Of a DNA stretch of 64,000 nt, positions 30,194 to 39,996 are shown piece by piece. The position numbers were made by a program, and so were the translations under genes. This DNA comes from Candidatus Latescibacterota bacterium (GTDB taxonomy: Bacteria; Krumholzibacteriota; Krumholzibacteriia; WVZY01). How positions within the stretch are numbered: the stretch's first letter is position 1; every line of letters starts with the position of its first letter. The notes below the pieces were generated by a model. The model was not told the DNA's origin. It did no database searches and saw only the letters and a program-made list of their open reading frames with translations. The stretch covers positions 64,001 to 128,000 of the forward strand of contig CAWBQK010000002.1 of the NCBI GenBank assembly GCA_963791045.1. Reading direction: 5' to 3'.

Positions 30194-31731
30194 TTGAAAA
30201 CGTTTTATGTGACAACTGCAATCGACTACGTGAATGCGCGGCCGCATCTCGGCACCGCCTACGAAAAAATTGGTGCGGACTGTTTGGCACGGTACAAACG
30301 GCTCGCCGGTTTCGACACGTATTTTCTCATGGGTACCGATGAGCACAGCACCAATGTGGAAAAAGAAGCGCGGCGTCTTGGTAAAGACACCGGAAGACTA
30401 CTCGGCGGAAATGGCGGCGGAGTTCGAAAAGGTCTGGGAGAGTCTTCACATCTCTTACGATCAATTCATCCGGACCGATCTGCCCATTCATAAGCGCTCG
30501 GTATCGCGGCTATTTCAGATCATTCATGATAACGGATACATCTTTCAAGGGACGTACGAGGGCTACTACTGCGCGTCGTGCGAGGAGTTCGTTCAGGAGA
30601 AAGATCTTGCCGAGGGCGGGCTTTGCCCCCGTCATCAAGAAAAGGCGCAGTGGCTCGAAGAGAAAAACTACTTTTTCGCACTCTCCAAGTTTAGCGACGC
30701 ATTAAAGAAACATATCGAAGATCACCCCGAATTTATTCAACCGGAGATCCGAAAGAACGAGATACTCAACGTCATCGAACAGGGGCTCGAGGACGTGAGT
30801 GTGTCGCGCGTGGGCAAGACGTGGGGTGTGCCGCTTCCGATTGCCGAAGGGCACGTGGTCTACGTCTGGTTCGACGCGTTGATCAATTATATCTCCGCGC
30901 TGGGTTATGGAGATGACGATACCGCAAGTTTGACAAATACTGGCCGGCGGACTGCCATGTCATCGGCAAAGATATCACACGATTTCATTGTCTCATCTGG
31001 CCCGCCATGCTCATGGCGGCGAACGTGCCCATCCCGAAGAGCGTGTTTGCGCATGGCTTTGTCTATTCCAAGGGAACCAAGATGAGCAAGACGATCGGGA
31101 ACATCCTCGATCCCGTCGAGGTGGCGGAGTTTTTTGGTGGAGCCGACCCGCTTCGTTATCTTCTGCTCCGTGAGATTGCGTTCGATCGTGACGGCGACTT
31201 CACGATCGAGCAGGCAGTGACGAGATATAACGCCGAGCTGGCCAACGAACTGGGCAATCTGTTTTCGCGTACGTTGTCGATGGTCAACCGTTACCGTGAC
31301 GGCGCCGTTCCCGAATGGAGCGACGCGGCAAGCACGGATTACGAACGGCTTGCGGGCAACGTTGTCGACGAGTACTGCTCGCACATGGACGCGCTCGAAT
31401 TTGACGAGGCGCTCAATGCGTTTTGGAAAACGGTTCAGGCGGCGAACCGTTATGTCGAACAACAGAAACCGTGGCAGTTGGCGAAGACCGAAGACCCGAT
31501 AGGCGCTGGACACCACTTTGCGGGTGCTCCTCGAGGTCTTCAGGCTGAGCTCGGTGCTGTGCATTCCGTTTATGCCCGGAGAGATCGTCTGGAATGCGCG
31601 AGCAGCTCGGGCTCGAAGCCGATATTGCGAAGCTCACGCTTGACGAAGCCCGCAACCCGGGCGATTCCGGCTGGAAGACCGCCGGCGCCCCGTCGCCGCT
31701 TTTCCCGAAGATCGAAGCCGAGACCGAATAA
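30194..31731 (+). CDS. metG: Methionyl-tRNA synthetase, short form (multiple frameshifts)
   Basis: YVTTAIDYVNARPHLG (HIGH-type), GTDEH, YVWFDALINY, KMSKT; TTG start; no C-terminal tRNA-binding domain. Confidence 0.93.
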
Positions 31732-31734
31732 CTA

Positions 31735-32496
31735 ATGATCGATTCGCATGTGCATCTCAATCTCCCCAATTATCGGGGCGACCTCGAAGAGGTTCTGGCA
31801 AACGCCAGGGAAGCGGGCGTGACCCGCATGGTCAATATCGGCTTCGACCTTGGGTCGTCGCGCGAGACCGTGGCGCTCACCGAACGCTATCCCTTCATCC
31901 TCGGCGCCGTCGGGGTGCATCCCCACGATGCCAGGTCTTATAATGAGGGGGTCGAGAAAGAGCTCGCCGGCATGCTCTCCCGGCCCTCGATCATTGCCGT
32001 CGGCGAGATCGGCCTCGACTATTATAGAGACCTTTCGCCCCGGGATATCCAGCAGGAGGTTTTCCGACGGCAGATCGCCCTCGCCAGGGCCCACGAGATG
32101 CCGATCATCATCCACTGCCGGGACGCGGCCGAAGACGTCCTCGAAATCCTCGCCGGGGAGGGTTCTCACTACAACGGGATTTTCCACGCGTTCTCGGGCG
32201 ACGCGAAAATGGCCGAAGAAGTTTTGCGCCTTGGCTTTCACATTGGGGTGGGAGGTGTGGTAACCTTTAAGAACGCTCGTCTCCGCGAGGTGGTACCAGA
32301 GGTGCCGCTGGATTCGATAGTGCTCGAAACGGACTGCCCCTATCTTGCACCCGTTCCGTTTCGAGGAAAACGAAACGAACCGGCGTATCTGACTTACGTC
32401 GCAGAGACGATCTCACAGGCGACCGGGCAACCGGTTGAAAAAATTGTTGAAGTAACCAACACAAATTTTGCGAGGGCGATGAAGCTCGCAGTTTAA
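31735..32496 (+). CDS. tatD: TatD family hydrolase
   Basis: IDSHVHL, GVHPH, VGEIGLDY, IHCR, ETDCPYLAP. Confidence 0.93.
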   Translation: MIDSHVHLNLPNYRGDLEEVLANAREAGVTRMVNIGFDLGSSRETVALTERYPFILGAVGVHPHDARSYNEGVEKELAGMLSRPSIIAVGEIGLDYYRDLSPRDIQQEVFRRQIALARAHEMPIIIHCRDAAEDVLEILAGEGSHYNGIFHAFSGDAKMAEEVLRLGFHIGVGGVVTFKNARLREVVPEVPLDSIVLETDCPYLAPVPFRGKRNEPAYLTYVAETISQATGQPVEKIVEVTNTNFARAMKLAV

Positions 32497-32519
32497 CGAG
32501 CGAGAGCACGGAGAAGATT

Positions 32520-32957
32520 ATGGGAGAAGGTTGCGATCATCTCGACGCAAGTCCAATCGGGAAATGCGCTATCTGTGGCAAGACAGTTTGCAGTGAATGC
32601 TACAGCACACTCTTCAATGAAATGATCTGTGATGAACACGACGGTCTCGAAGAAGAGTCCGCGTGGGAAGTCGTCGGGTACTATTCGGATGATTCCATCG
32701 CGGCGGACAAAAGGTTTTTGCTCGAAGACAATGGAATCAGTTCAATGGCCGTGGAGAGCGATGACGATTTAGTTGAAGTGTACATCCCCGCGGAAAAAAA
32801 AGAAGAAGCTTTCGTAGCTCTTCAGTCGGCGAACGATGAAGCAAGATCATGCGGTGAATGTCAGGTTGAGTATTCGAGCACTATCGATTCTTGTCCCCTC
32901 TGCGGTGAGCGTTCACCCGATGCGGAGGAGCTCGACTTGCAAGAGGAAGCGGAATAA
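32520..32957 (+). CDS. Acidic protein with B-box-like Zn finger, DUF2007-like middle and C-terminal Zn ribbon
   Basis: C..H, CAICGKTVCSEC, CDEH; LLEDNGI; CGEC..CPLC. Confidence 0.7.
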   Translation: MGEGCDHLDASPIGKCAICGKTVCSECYSTLFNEMICDEHDGLEEESAWEVVGYYSDDSIAADKRFLLEDNGISSMAVESDDDLVEVYIPAEKKEEAFVALQSANDEARSCGECQVEYSSTIDSCPLCGERSPDAEELDLQEEAE

Positions 32958-32989
32958 GCCAGGGAAAGGTAGCCAAGAGGTAGAAGACT

Positions 32990-33886
32990 ATGCGAGTTCT
33001 TTTGACGGGCGGCACAGGTTATGTCGGGAGCCGGCTTCGTGAGTTTCTGCGTGACAATGGACACACGGTGCGGATGCTCGTTCGCGCGCAAAGCGCGGAC
33101 AAGATGAAGTCGATCGAGGGCGACGATTCATTTGAGATCGTTTACGGAAACATTTTTGATACAAACACGTGTCATCACGCCGCCGAAGGTTGCGATGCCG
33201 TCGTTCATCTGGTTGGAATCATTCGCGAGGATCCATCCAGTGGCATCACTTTCGAGGAACTCCATCGCGTCGCGACATCGAACATCATCGATGCGGCCAC
33301 TCGTGCGGGTGTGGAACGAGTCGTCCATATGAGCGCGCTCGGCGCGAGTGATGACGCGGCGTCCGCGTATCACAGAACAAAACGCGCCGCCGAACTCATC
33401 GTCGAGAATTCGGGCATGCGTTGGACGATATTCAGACCGTCGTGGATCTTTGCCCCGGGTGATGAATTGACCAAAATGATAAAAGACGTTGTCGGCAAAC
33501 CGGTGATCCCCTTGATCGGCGGAGGCAGCGCGCTGGTTCAACCGGTCGCGCTCGACGATGTATGCACATGTATGGCCCGCTCACTCGATATGCCCGAGAC
33601 CCAGGGAATGATCTATGAACTTGGCGGACCCGATCGTGTGACTTACAAAAAAGTGTTCGAACAGGCGGCGGCGGCGCTCGGCCGCAAGGCCAACACGATG
33701 TCCGTTCCCGTGTGGATGATCCGGCCGATGGTCGGCGCGCTCCAGCGATTCAAGTCGTTCCCGCTGACGGTCGATCAGCTCAAGATGCTTTCGGTGGATA
33801 ATGTGTGCGAAATCGATCGATACGTCAAAGCGTTCGAGCTCGAACCCAAGTCGTTTTCGAGCGCGATCCCCGGGCTTTTTGCCTGA
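32990..33886 (+). CDS. NAD(P)-binding atypical SDR (NDUFA9-like)
   Basis: TGGTGYVG, HLVGII.E, HMSALGA, YHRTK..AE, FRPS.IF. Confidence 0.88.
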   Translation: MRVLLTGGTGYVGSRLREFLRDNGHTVRMLVRAQSADKMKSIEGDDSFEIVYGNIFDTNTCHHAAEGCDAVVHLVGIIREDPSSGITFEELHRVATSNIIDAATRAGVERVVHMSALGASDDAASAYHRTKRAAELIVENSGMRWTIFRPSWIFAPGDELTKMIKDVVGKPVIPLIGGGSALVQPVALDDVCTCMARSLDMPETQGMIYELGGPDRVTYKKVFEQAAAALGRKANTMSVPVWMIRPMVGALQRFKSFPLTVDQLKMLSVDNVCEIDRYVKAFELEPKSFSSAIPGLFA

Positions 33887-33957
33887 GTGTGGGGAGCCGA
33901 AAGGTTCGCAGGAGCCTCTCTCGACTCTGTAGCCCGGCGCCTAAGGGCCCGGGCGGC

Positions 33958-33986
33958 TTGACGGGGCCACGCTGATAAGCTATAAT
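33958..33986 (+). promoter_or_regulatory. Sigma-70 promoter upstream of rsmA
   Basis: TTGACG-N17-TATAAT. Confidence 0.75.
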
Positions 33987-34108
33987 ATCCGCAAGCATCC
34001 CCTGCTAGGAGGTTTCTTCCCTACCTTATTGCTACCATTTTGGTACGTTTCTTTCTTAGATATCTGATACAATTCTGTATTTCTGTCGCACCATGATGGG
34101 GTAACCCA

Positions 34109-34954
34109 TTGAAAAAGAAAACGTTTCGTCCAAAGAAACGGTTTGGGCAAAATTTTTTGCACGACCCGGCGATCGCCAACAAGATCGTCGACGCCGCCGG
34201 ATTGTCACCGGGTCAGCCGGTTATTGAGCTCGGGCCTGGTAAGGGCTTTCTTACCAAGCCATTAGCCCAGCGGGGCGTGCGTCTGATAGCGGTTGAGGTG
34301 GACGACGACCTCTATAATGAGCTCGGTGTCTACTTCAAGACCCTGGAGCCCCAACCGCGCGAGACCGTTGAACTCCTCCATGAGGATTTCACCGGACTGT
34401 CGATCACGGCCCTTCTCGCGGAGCGGGGGTTTGACGGCTGTGTTCTTATGGGGAACATCCCGTACAACAAGACACGGGATGTGTTGTTTTCGTTTCTCGT
34501 CGACGAACACGAGATGATCGACTCGGCCTATTTGATGGTCCAGCGTGAAGTCGGCGAGCGAATCGTATCACCCCCAGGGAGCCGCGTGTACGGGATCACT
34601 AGTGTGATTCTCCAGAGTCTTTACGCGGTGAGATCGGTATTTCGTGTGGCGCCCGGATCGTTTGTCCCGAGACCGAAAGTCGGCTCGGTGGTGCTCGAGT
34701 TCAAACGGCTCGATGAACCGCTGGTCGGCGCGGATGAAATCAAAACGTTTCTGGCGCTCGTGAAGAATCTTTTTCAACAACGGAGAAAGACGATTCACAA
34801 CACGCTCAAGGCGTTTTATTCGCTTACCGAAGCCGAGCTCGATCGCATCCGTGTCGCGACAGGTATCGCCCTGGAAAAACGGCCCGAAGCGCTGGGCAAA
34901 GAAGAGTTCCTCGTGTTGTCGAGGGCCGTATCCGAGGTCACGAAGTCAGAGTAA
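34109..34954 (+). CDS. rsmA: 16S rRNA dimethyladenosine transferase RsmA/KsgA
   Basis: KKRFGQNFL, ELGPGKG, GNIPY, MVQREVGER, F.PRPKV, QRRKT. Confidence 0.96.
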   Translation: MKKKTFRPKKRFGQNFLHDPAIANKIVDAAGLSPGQPVIELGPGKGFLTKPLAQRGVRLIAVEVDDDLYNELGVYFKTLEPQPRETVELLHEDFTGLSITALLAERGFDGCVLMGNIPYNKTRDVLFSFLVDEHEMIDSAYLMVQREVGERIVSPPGSRVYGITSVILQSLYAVRSVFRVAPGSFVPRPKVGSVVLEFKRLDEPLVGADEIKTFLALVKNLFQQRRKTIHNTLKAFYSLTEAELDRIRVATGIALEKRPEALGKEEFLVLSRAVSEVTKSE

Positions 34955-34997
34955 TAGCAACGTTCACAAAATAGCACAAGGCGCGGCGGCACGAGTA

Positions 34998-36902
34998 GTG
35001 AAACGGTTAGTGTTGATAGTAACGATGATGAGCCTGTTCGGCGGTGTGCCGTTGGCGTTTGGCCAGTTGCCTGAGGCGCCGCCGGTGCCCGCGCAGGGCG
35101 ACACGATTAGCGGAAATGTGCCCGGCACGGTTTCGGTTTTAAAATACACGGGTGGAATCAAGGGGAACGTCACGCGCATGTCTCTCGGTAACCGGCTCTC
35201 GGCATCGTTCGTGTTTCCAAGCGGACTCACATCGATCACGACGCTCAGCGCCGACGAGTCGAATTACAGGTTGCAGGACAGGAAAGACACGAACAAGAGT
35301 TTTACGTCGAACCTGGTGTATCCGGCGATGCCGGGGTTGATCCTGGACGGGACGCTTTCGGACACGCGGTTTTTCAACCGCGTCATCACGTTCTCGAACG
35401 CCTCGCAGGATCTTTTGAACAACGTTCAACGGGCGCAGGGAAACGCCAATTACGCGCGGCCGCTTGGGTGGGGTGTCGCGTTCAACGCGAAAACCTCGCT
35501 GGCCACAGCGAAGAGCGAGCAAACGTACTACAAAGATGACACCAAGGAAGGATCCACCCGCTTCGGCCTCAAATATGTTCGCGGCAAATATCTCACCGCT
35601 TCGGCGAGAGGGTTTTACAGGAAATCCGCGCAGAGCGCGAATACCGGCTCACAACAGTTCAAGGGGCTCGGCGCCGAGGAGGACAGCGTTTTTGCACAGG
35701 TCCGTGTCGTGAAGGATAGCGCTAGTGTCGTTTTCAATTATGAGCGCTACCAAATCGAAGAGGATTACCTCGAACTGCCCCGCGGGTCGTTTGGTCAGCA
35801 GCAGTTCGATCAGGAAGTGACACCCGAGAACACGAAAAAACACGTACGGTCGGTGTCGATGGACGCGGAAATGAGGCCTATGCCCCGTGTCCAGATGAAG
35901 TTGAACGCGGTTAACTCGGTAGCGGGAACATACTATCTCCGCGACAAAAGACGCGAGGGTAAAGATTTTGGGCAAACGTTTAAAGGGAGTGTTGGCTACA
36001 CACCGTTTTCGAAATCCACTATCAGCGTCGATCTCGAATACAGGGACTTTCAACATTATCTTGGCCCCGAACGAACGGGTAGCTATGACGACATCAGAAA
36101 GAACATGAAGATGAGCTGGCAGCAGACTTTGACTCCGACGCTCAATTTTACGACGCAGGCGGGTGTGTCGCTCTCGCAGTCGTATTACTGGGACACCGAT
36201 CGCGATCGCGACCAGCGTTATCAGTTTGCCAATGTCAGGATAACATCAAAACTTTTTCCAAAAATCGACGCGTCCGTATATTTGTCAGGAACAAAGACGG
36301 ATTATGTAAATGTCCGTGCGAGCCTGTCGCAAAACAACAGAACGGAGACGCGGCTGGAGCTCCGACCCGAGTTTACATACAAGATCAATGAGCGAATCGA
36401 GCTCACGCAGAAATACGGACTCAACATCGAGTTTTCGGATTTCGTTTTTCAGGAGAACGAAAACTATCTCGACAGGACGATTGTTTTTGCGAACACGCTT
36501 CGCACGCGGATAATGACGAACGTGACGGTTAATTTTTATTACGCGTATCAGCATCACACCAAGGGAAGCTATCTCCGCGAGAATCCCGACGAAGAACGGA
36601 TTCTCGATATCAACCAGAAAGACCGGCGCGACGAGATGAGAGTCGGGTTTCGCTATCAGATGAATAAGCATCTAGCGTTGTTGGGGCTCAACGAGTACAG
36701 CCGGCGGACGAATCTGCTGTCGTCGACCGCGCGTCCCTTCGAAGACGGCGGAGTGGAGCTCGGTGTCGAAGGAAGTTACGATTTTGGCGCCCAGCGCGGG
36801 CTCAAAATATCGATGAGACGTGTCAAAAAGTTTGGGCGGTTCAACGCAGATGCCCAGAAAGATTTCTGGGAAATGGATTCGTCGATCAATTATACTTTCT
36901 AA
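34998..36902 (+). CDS. Putative outer-membrane beta-barrel protein
   Basis: Signal peptide MKRLVLIV..AFGQ; many amphipathic beta-strands; C-terminal beta-signal SINYTF. Confidence 0.7.
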   Translation: MKRLVLIVTMMSLFGGVPLAFGQLPEAPPVPAQGDTISGNVPGTVSVLKYTGGIKGNVTRMSLGNRLSASFVFPSGLTSITTLSADESNYRLQDRKDTNKSFTSNLVYPAMPGLILDGTLSDTRFFNRVITFSNASQDLLNNVQRAQGNANYARPLGWGVAFNAKTSLATAKSEQTYYKDDTKEGSTRFGLKYVRGKYLTASARGFYRKSAQSANTGSQQFKGLGAEEDSVFAQVRVVKDSASVVFNYERYQIEEDYLELPRGSFGQQQFDQEVTPENTKKHVRSVSMDAEMRPMPRVQMKLNAVNSVAGTYYLRDKRREGKDFGQTFKGSVGYTPFSKSTISVDLEYRDFQHYLGPERTGSYDDIRKNMKMSWQQTLTPTLNFTTQAGVSLSQSYYWDTDRDRDQRYQFANVRITSKLFPKIDASVYLSGTKTDYVNVRASLSQNNRTETRLELRPEFTYKINERIELTQKYGLNIEFSDFVFQENENYLDRTIVFANTLRTRIMTNVTVNFYYAYQHHTKGSYLRENPDEERILDINQKDRRDEMRVGFRYQMNKHLALLGLNEYSRRTNLLSSTARPFEDGGVELGVEGSYDFGAQRGLKISMRRVKKFGRFNADAQKDFWEMDSSINYTF

Positions 36903-36921
36903 GGGATTGAAGGGAGATTCG

Positions 36922-37512
36922 ATGAAGCGCGTATTGCGCATAAGCAAGATCAACTGGCCGGGGCTCGTGGCGGCGCTACTGATCGTCACGACGGTGGGGT
37001 GCTCTATATTCGATCCGCGCGAGGCGGAAGAACCGGGAAGCTCAGGCACGCCATTTATTGCTCCCGACGTCCCGTCGCTCGTATTCTCGAATTTGAAGAG
37101 CGGCCTGGAGGATCTGACTGGCGTGAACTACGAGAAGAGCCTGGGCGATGAATTTACGTTCATCCCACTGCCCTCGGATGCGAGCCAGCTACCCGGCGCG
37201 TTCGATAATTGGACGAAATCGGTGGAAATGGAGGTCACGAACAAGATTCTGGCCGACGCCACTTTGCTTCTCGTTTCTTTTATTAACCCAGAGCAGATCC
37301 GCGACGAGGCTGATTTTGCGGATTTTCGGGCCCCATATGAGCTGACGCTCACTTACAGCAGCGGTGACACTGAGGTGTTCAAGGGTGTCGCGCAGTTCGA
37401 TATGCAGCGTCTTGGCGGAAATTGGCATCTTATTCGCTGGACGGATCAGGAGGGTATCGAAGGTTTTGCAACCTGGGGCTTTTTGAGGGGTACAACAAGA
37501 GGGAGCAACTGA
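36922..37512 (+). CDS. Hypothetical lipoprotein
   Basis: SD GGGAG; lipobox TVGC followed by SIFDPREAEEP. Confidence 0.75.
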   Translation: MKRVLRISKINWPGLVAALLIVTTVGCSIFDPREAEEPGSSGTPFIAPDVPSLVFSNLKSGLEDLTGVNYEKSLGDEFTFIPLPSDASQLPGAFDNWTKSVEMEVTNKILADATLLLVSFINPEQIRDEADFADFRAPYELTLTYSSGDTEVFKGVAQFDMQRLGGNWHLIRWTDQEGIEGFATWGFLRGTTRGSN

Positions 37513-37604
37513 TCAAAGTTCCTCAAATAAAGGGGCTTACACAAATACTGATAATGCGGACATTGTAACTCGTTGATAATAAATAAAGTAGCGATGAGTT
37601 GCTC

Positions 37605-37633
37605 TTGACGTTGCCGGCTGAATGTGCTATTAT
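37605..37633 (+). promoter_or_regulatory. Sigma-70 promoter with an upstream IHF-like site
   Basis: TTGACG-N17-TATTAT with TGn extension; TATCAACGAGTTA on the minus strand at 37566-37578 matches WATCAANNNNTTR. Confidence 0.65.
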
Positions 37634-37680
37634 ATGTTCGCCTGCCGGTAATTTGATCAAGGGAAACAGAAAGGATAGGC

Positions 37681-38280
37681 ATGAAACGGTTATTTGCCGT
37701 TCTAGTGATCGGGATAAGCGTGTTGGCGTTCAACTCGTGCATACTCGATCCCAAGGAAGCGCCCCCCGACAAGAATAAACCAACTGAGGCCTACAAGAAT
37801 CTGGCCGAAGCGAGGGATAACGTCCTTTTCAATCTCGAGAAATCGTACAACGAGAGAAACATCAATCAGTACGACCAGCTTCTTGATGCCGGCTTTGTGT
37901 TTCACTTCTCGAATGCCGATATCAAGAACGGGGACGTATCAGTCGCACAGTGGGGTCGCGCGGAGGACCTCACGACGGCGGGCAACATGTTCGACCCGAA
38001 CTTCAGCAGACCGGGACAGGCGCCGGTAAGTAGCATCGATCTGACGCTGACTTACGCGCCGGGCGAGGATACTTGGAACAAGATTACGCCCGAAGACCAG
38101 GTGAATTACCCGGACGAGTTCTGGTACGAAAAGACTGTCCGTTATCGTCTGACCGTCGAGGCCGGAGACTTTACGTACGTCGGAGACAATCTCCAGGCGT
38201 CTTACGTCGTCCGTTGGGCGGAAGTAGATGGCGAGAGCTTCTGGCGCATCATCGCCTGGCGCGATGACACTGGGAACTAA
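37681..38280 (+). CDS. Hypothetical lipoprotein, probable paralogue of 36922-37512
   Basis: Lipobox FNSC followed by ILDPKEAPP; shared NL..Y..L...F.F pattern and terminal W.I..W.D. Confidence 0.75.
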   Translation: MKRLFAVLVIGISVLAFNSCILDPKEAPPDKNKPTEAYKNLAEARDNVLFNLEKSYNERNINQYDQLLDAGFVFHFSNADIKNGDVSVAQWGRAEDLTTAGNMFDPNFSRPGQAPVSSIDLTLTYAPGEDTWNKITPEDQVNYPDEFWYEKTVRYRLTVEAGDFTYVGDNLQASYVVRWAEVDGESFWRIIAWRDDTGN

Positions 38281-38306
38281 CCCCGCGCCGATTCGAATGA
38301 CTTCAC

Positions 38307-38341
38307 AGCCCGGAAGGCCCCGCGTCTTCCGGGCTTTTTTT
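38307..38341 (+). terminator. Intrinsic terminator
   Basis: AGCCCGGAAGG-loop-TCTTCCGGGCT followed by a T run. Confidence 0.88.
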
Positions 38342-38360
38342 CGTTCTCAAAGAGAGTGGC

Positions 38361-38656
38361 GGACGGTGCGGACTTTCTTCGGCCCTCGTTTCGACCGGCA
38401 CGGGTCCTGTCATCGGTCACCCCGCGCTTGCTCGCTTTTGCGAGCGTGGATTCACGGGGTATGGCGACCTCTGCGTGCGCTCGCGAACGCTCGACGTGCG
38501 CGGGGCCCCACCAATGCCACCCGTGCCTGCTCTTGAAGAGGACGGTGCGGTCTTTCGAAAGGCCCTTTCGCGGGAGCGAGCGAGGATCCACTGTCGGCGC
38601 AGCCGACAGTTAGCCGAGCGAAGCGGAGCGAGGGCCAGAGAAAGATCGCACCGTCC
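38361..38656. repeat. Composite palindromic repeat cluster containing copy 3 of the dispersed repeat (38399-38510, minus strand)
   Basis: GGACGGTGCG(GA/GT/AT)CTTTC at 38361, 38540 and inverted at 38640-38656; CACGGGTCCTGTCATCGGTCACCCC is the reverse complement of the repeat 3' end. Confidence 0.8.
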
Positions 38657-38671
38657 GTCCCGATGCGGTGC

Positions 38672-38701
38672 TTGACAGTGTGGGGTGGTCGTACATATAG
38701 T
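38672..38701 (+). promoter_or_regulatory. Possible sigma-70 promoter
   Basis: TTGACA-N18-TATAGT upstream of ATG 38755. Confidence 0.5.
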
Positions 38702-38754
38702 GCGAGGGTCAATCACCCGTGTCGCATCACGCAGCCGCCAAGTGTTCCCCGGTC

Positions 38755-39930
38755 ATGCCCAAAAAGAAAAAATCAACACGCAAAAAGGGTACACCCGTTC
38801 GTATCAAACTCCTCATCGGTGTCCTCGTCGCATTCGTTGTGGCCGGCGTCGTTCTTGTCAAGTATCTCCAAACGCCCGCGGGGCAGGTCTTTCTTCTCGA
38901 CCAGGGGTTTGACGATTACTACGAGCAGGTCCAGCTGCGGATAGACATCGAGCTTCGCAAGGAACTCCGGCAGCTCGGTTTGCGCGAGTCCTTGAACGAA
39001 TCGTCGCGGCGGGTCAGCCTCGACAAACGAGACGCCGTGCGGTGGGAGTGGAGCGCCACCTTCGACAGGCCGAGGAGTTTGATCCGGGTGAACATCGCGC
39101 TCAACGAAGCGGTACGTCGGGGTGCCGGTGTTGTTCGTTCGAGCAAAGAGAACAAGGCGGGGGACGGTCTTGTTCTTGAAGTGGGTAGCCGCAAATACAC
39201 CACACATCGCCTGAGAATCCAGCAGCCCCGGCAGGCGGCAAAGGAAACGCCCGCCCCGAAGATCATCAAAAAACCCAGGATCGCCATCGTTATAGATGAT
39301 TTCGGATACACACGGGACAAAGTGGCCCGCTCGCTCATCGAACTCGATCTGCCGATTACGCTTTCAATTATTCCAACACTGCCATATTCAGAGTATTGCC
39401 TCGAACGGGCGGCGGAGGTCAAAAAGCTCTCAATTCTCCATCTCCCGATGGAGGCCGAGGCCTTCACCTCCGATGTCCAGGCGGTCCTCACCTCGATGCC
39501 CGATTCGGTGATCGATTCGCTGGTCACCTTTTACGTGTCACGGATGCCGGGCGTTGCGGGTGCCAACAATCACCTCGGGTCCGTCGCGACACAGGATGAA
39601 CGTGTGATGACCGCCGTCATAAATGTTCTTAAGCCGCGGGGGTTGTTCTATTTCGACTCTTTGACTTCGAGCAAATCGATCGCGTATAATACTGCCAGGA
39701 AGCTTGGAGTTCCAACCGCGCGAAACGACCTCTTTATAGATGCCGACACCGAGGAATCTGAAGTTGTTGAAGCGCGGCTGGAGCGTCTGATCGACATCGC
39801 CCACAAACGTGGCTACGCAATCGGTATCGGTCACCCCAGGCGATGGACGCTTGAAGCGTTGGAGAGGGTTGCCGACAAGCTCGACGAATCGAATGTCGAG
39901 ATGGTTTTTTTGTCCGAGTTGGTAGAATAG
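38755..39930 (+). CDS. Divergent polysaccharide deacetylase family protein (YibQ-like)
   Basis: N-terminal TM; IAIVIDDFG, LHLPME, GANNHLGS, FDSLT, RNDLFID, IGIGHP. Confidence 0.92.
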   Translation: MPKKKKSTRKKGTPVRIKLLIGVLVAFVVAGVVLVKYLQTPAGQVFLLDQGFDDYYEQVQLRIDIELRKELRQLGLRESLNESSRRVSLDKRDAVRWEWSATFDRPRSLIRVNIALNEAVRRGAGVVRSSKENKAGDGLVLEVGSRKYTTHRLRIQQPRQAAKETPAPKIIKKPRIAIVIDDFGYTRDKVARSLIELDLPITLSIIPTLPYSEYCLERAAEVKKLSILHLPMEAEAFTSDVQAVLTSMPDSVIDSLVTFYVSRMPGVAGANNHLGSVATQDERVMTAVINVLKPRGLFYFDSLTSSKSIAYNTARKLGVPTARNDLFIDADTEESEVVEARLERLIDIAHKRGYAIGIGHPRRWTLEALERVADKLDESNVEMVFLSELVE

Positions 39931-39996
39931 CTTCGTCGCGCGCGCGATGGATATCGGCCACGTGAGAGAATGACGTGACTGTATAAGGAGAAAAAA

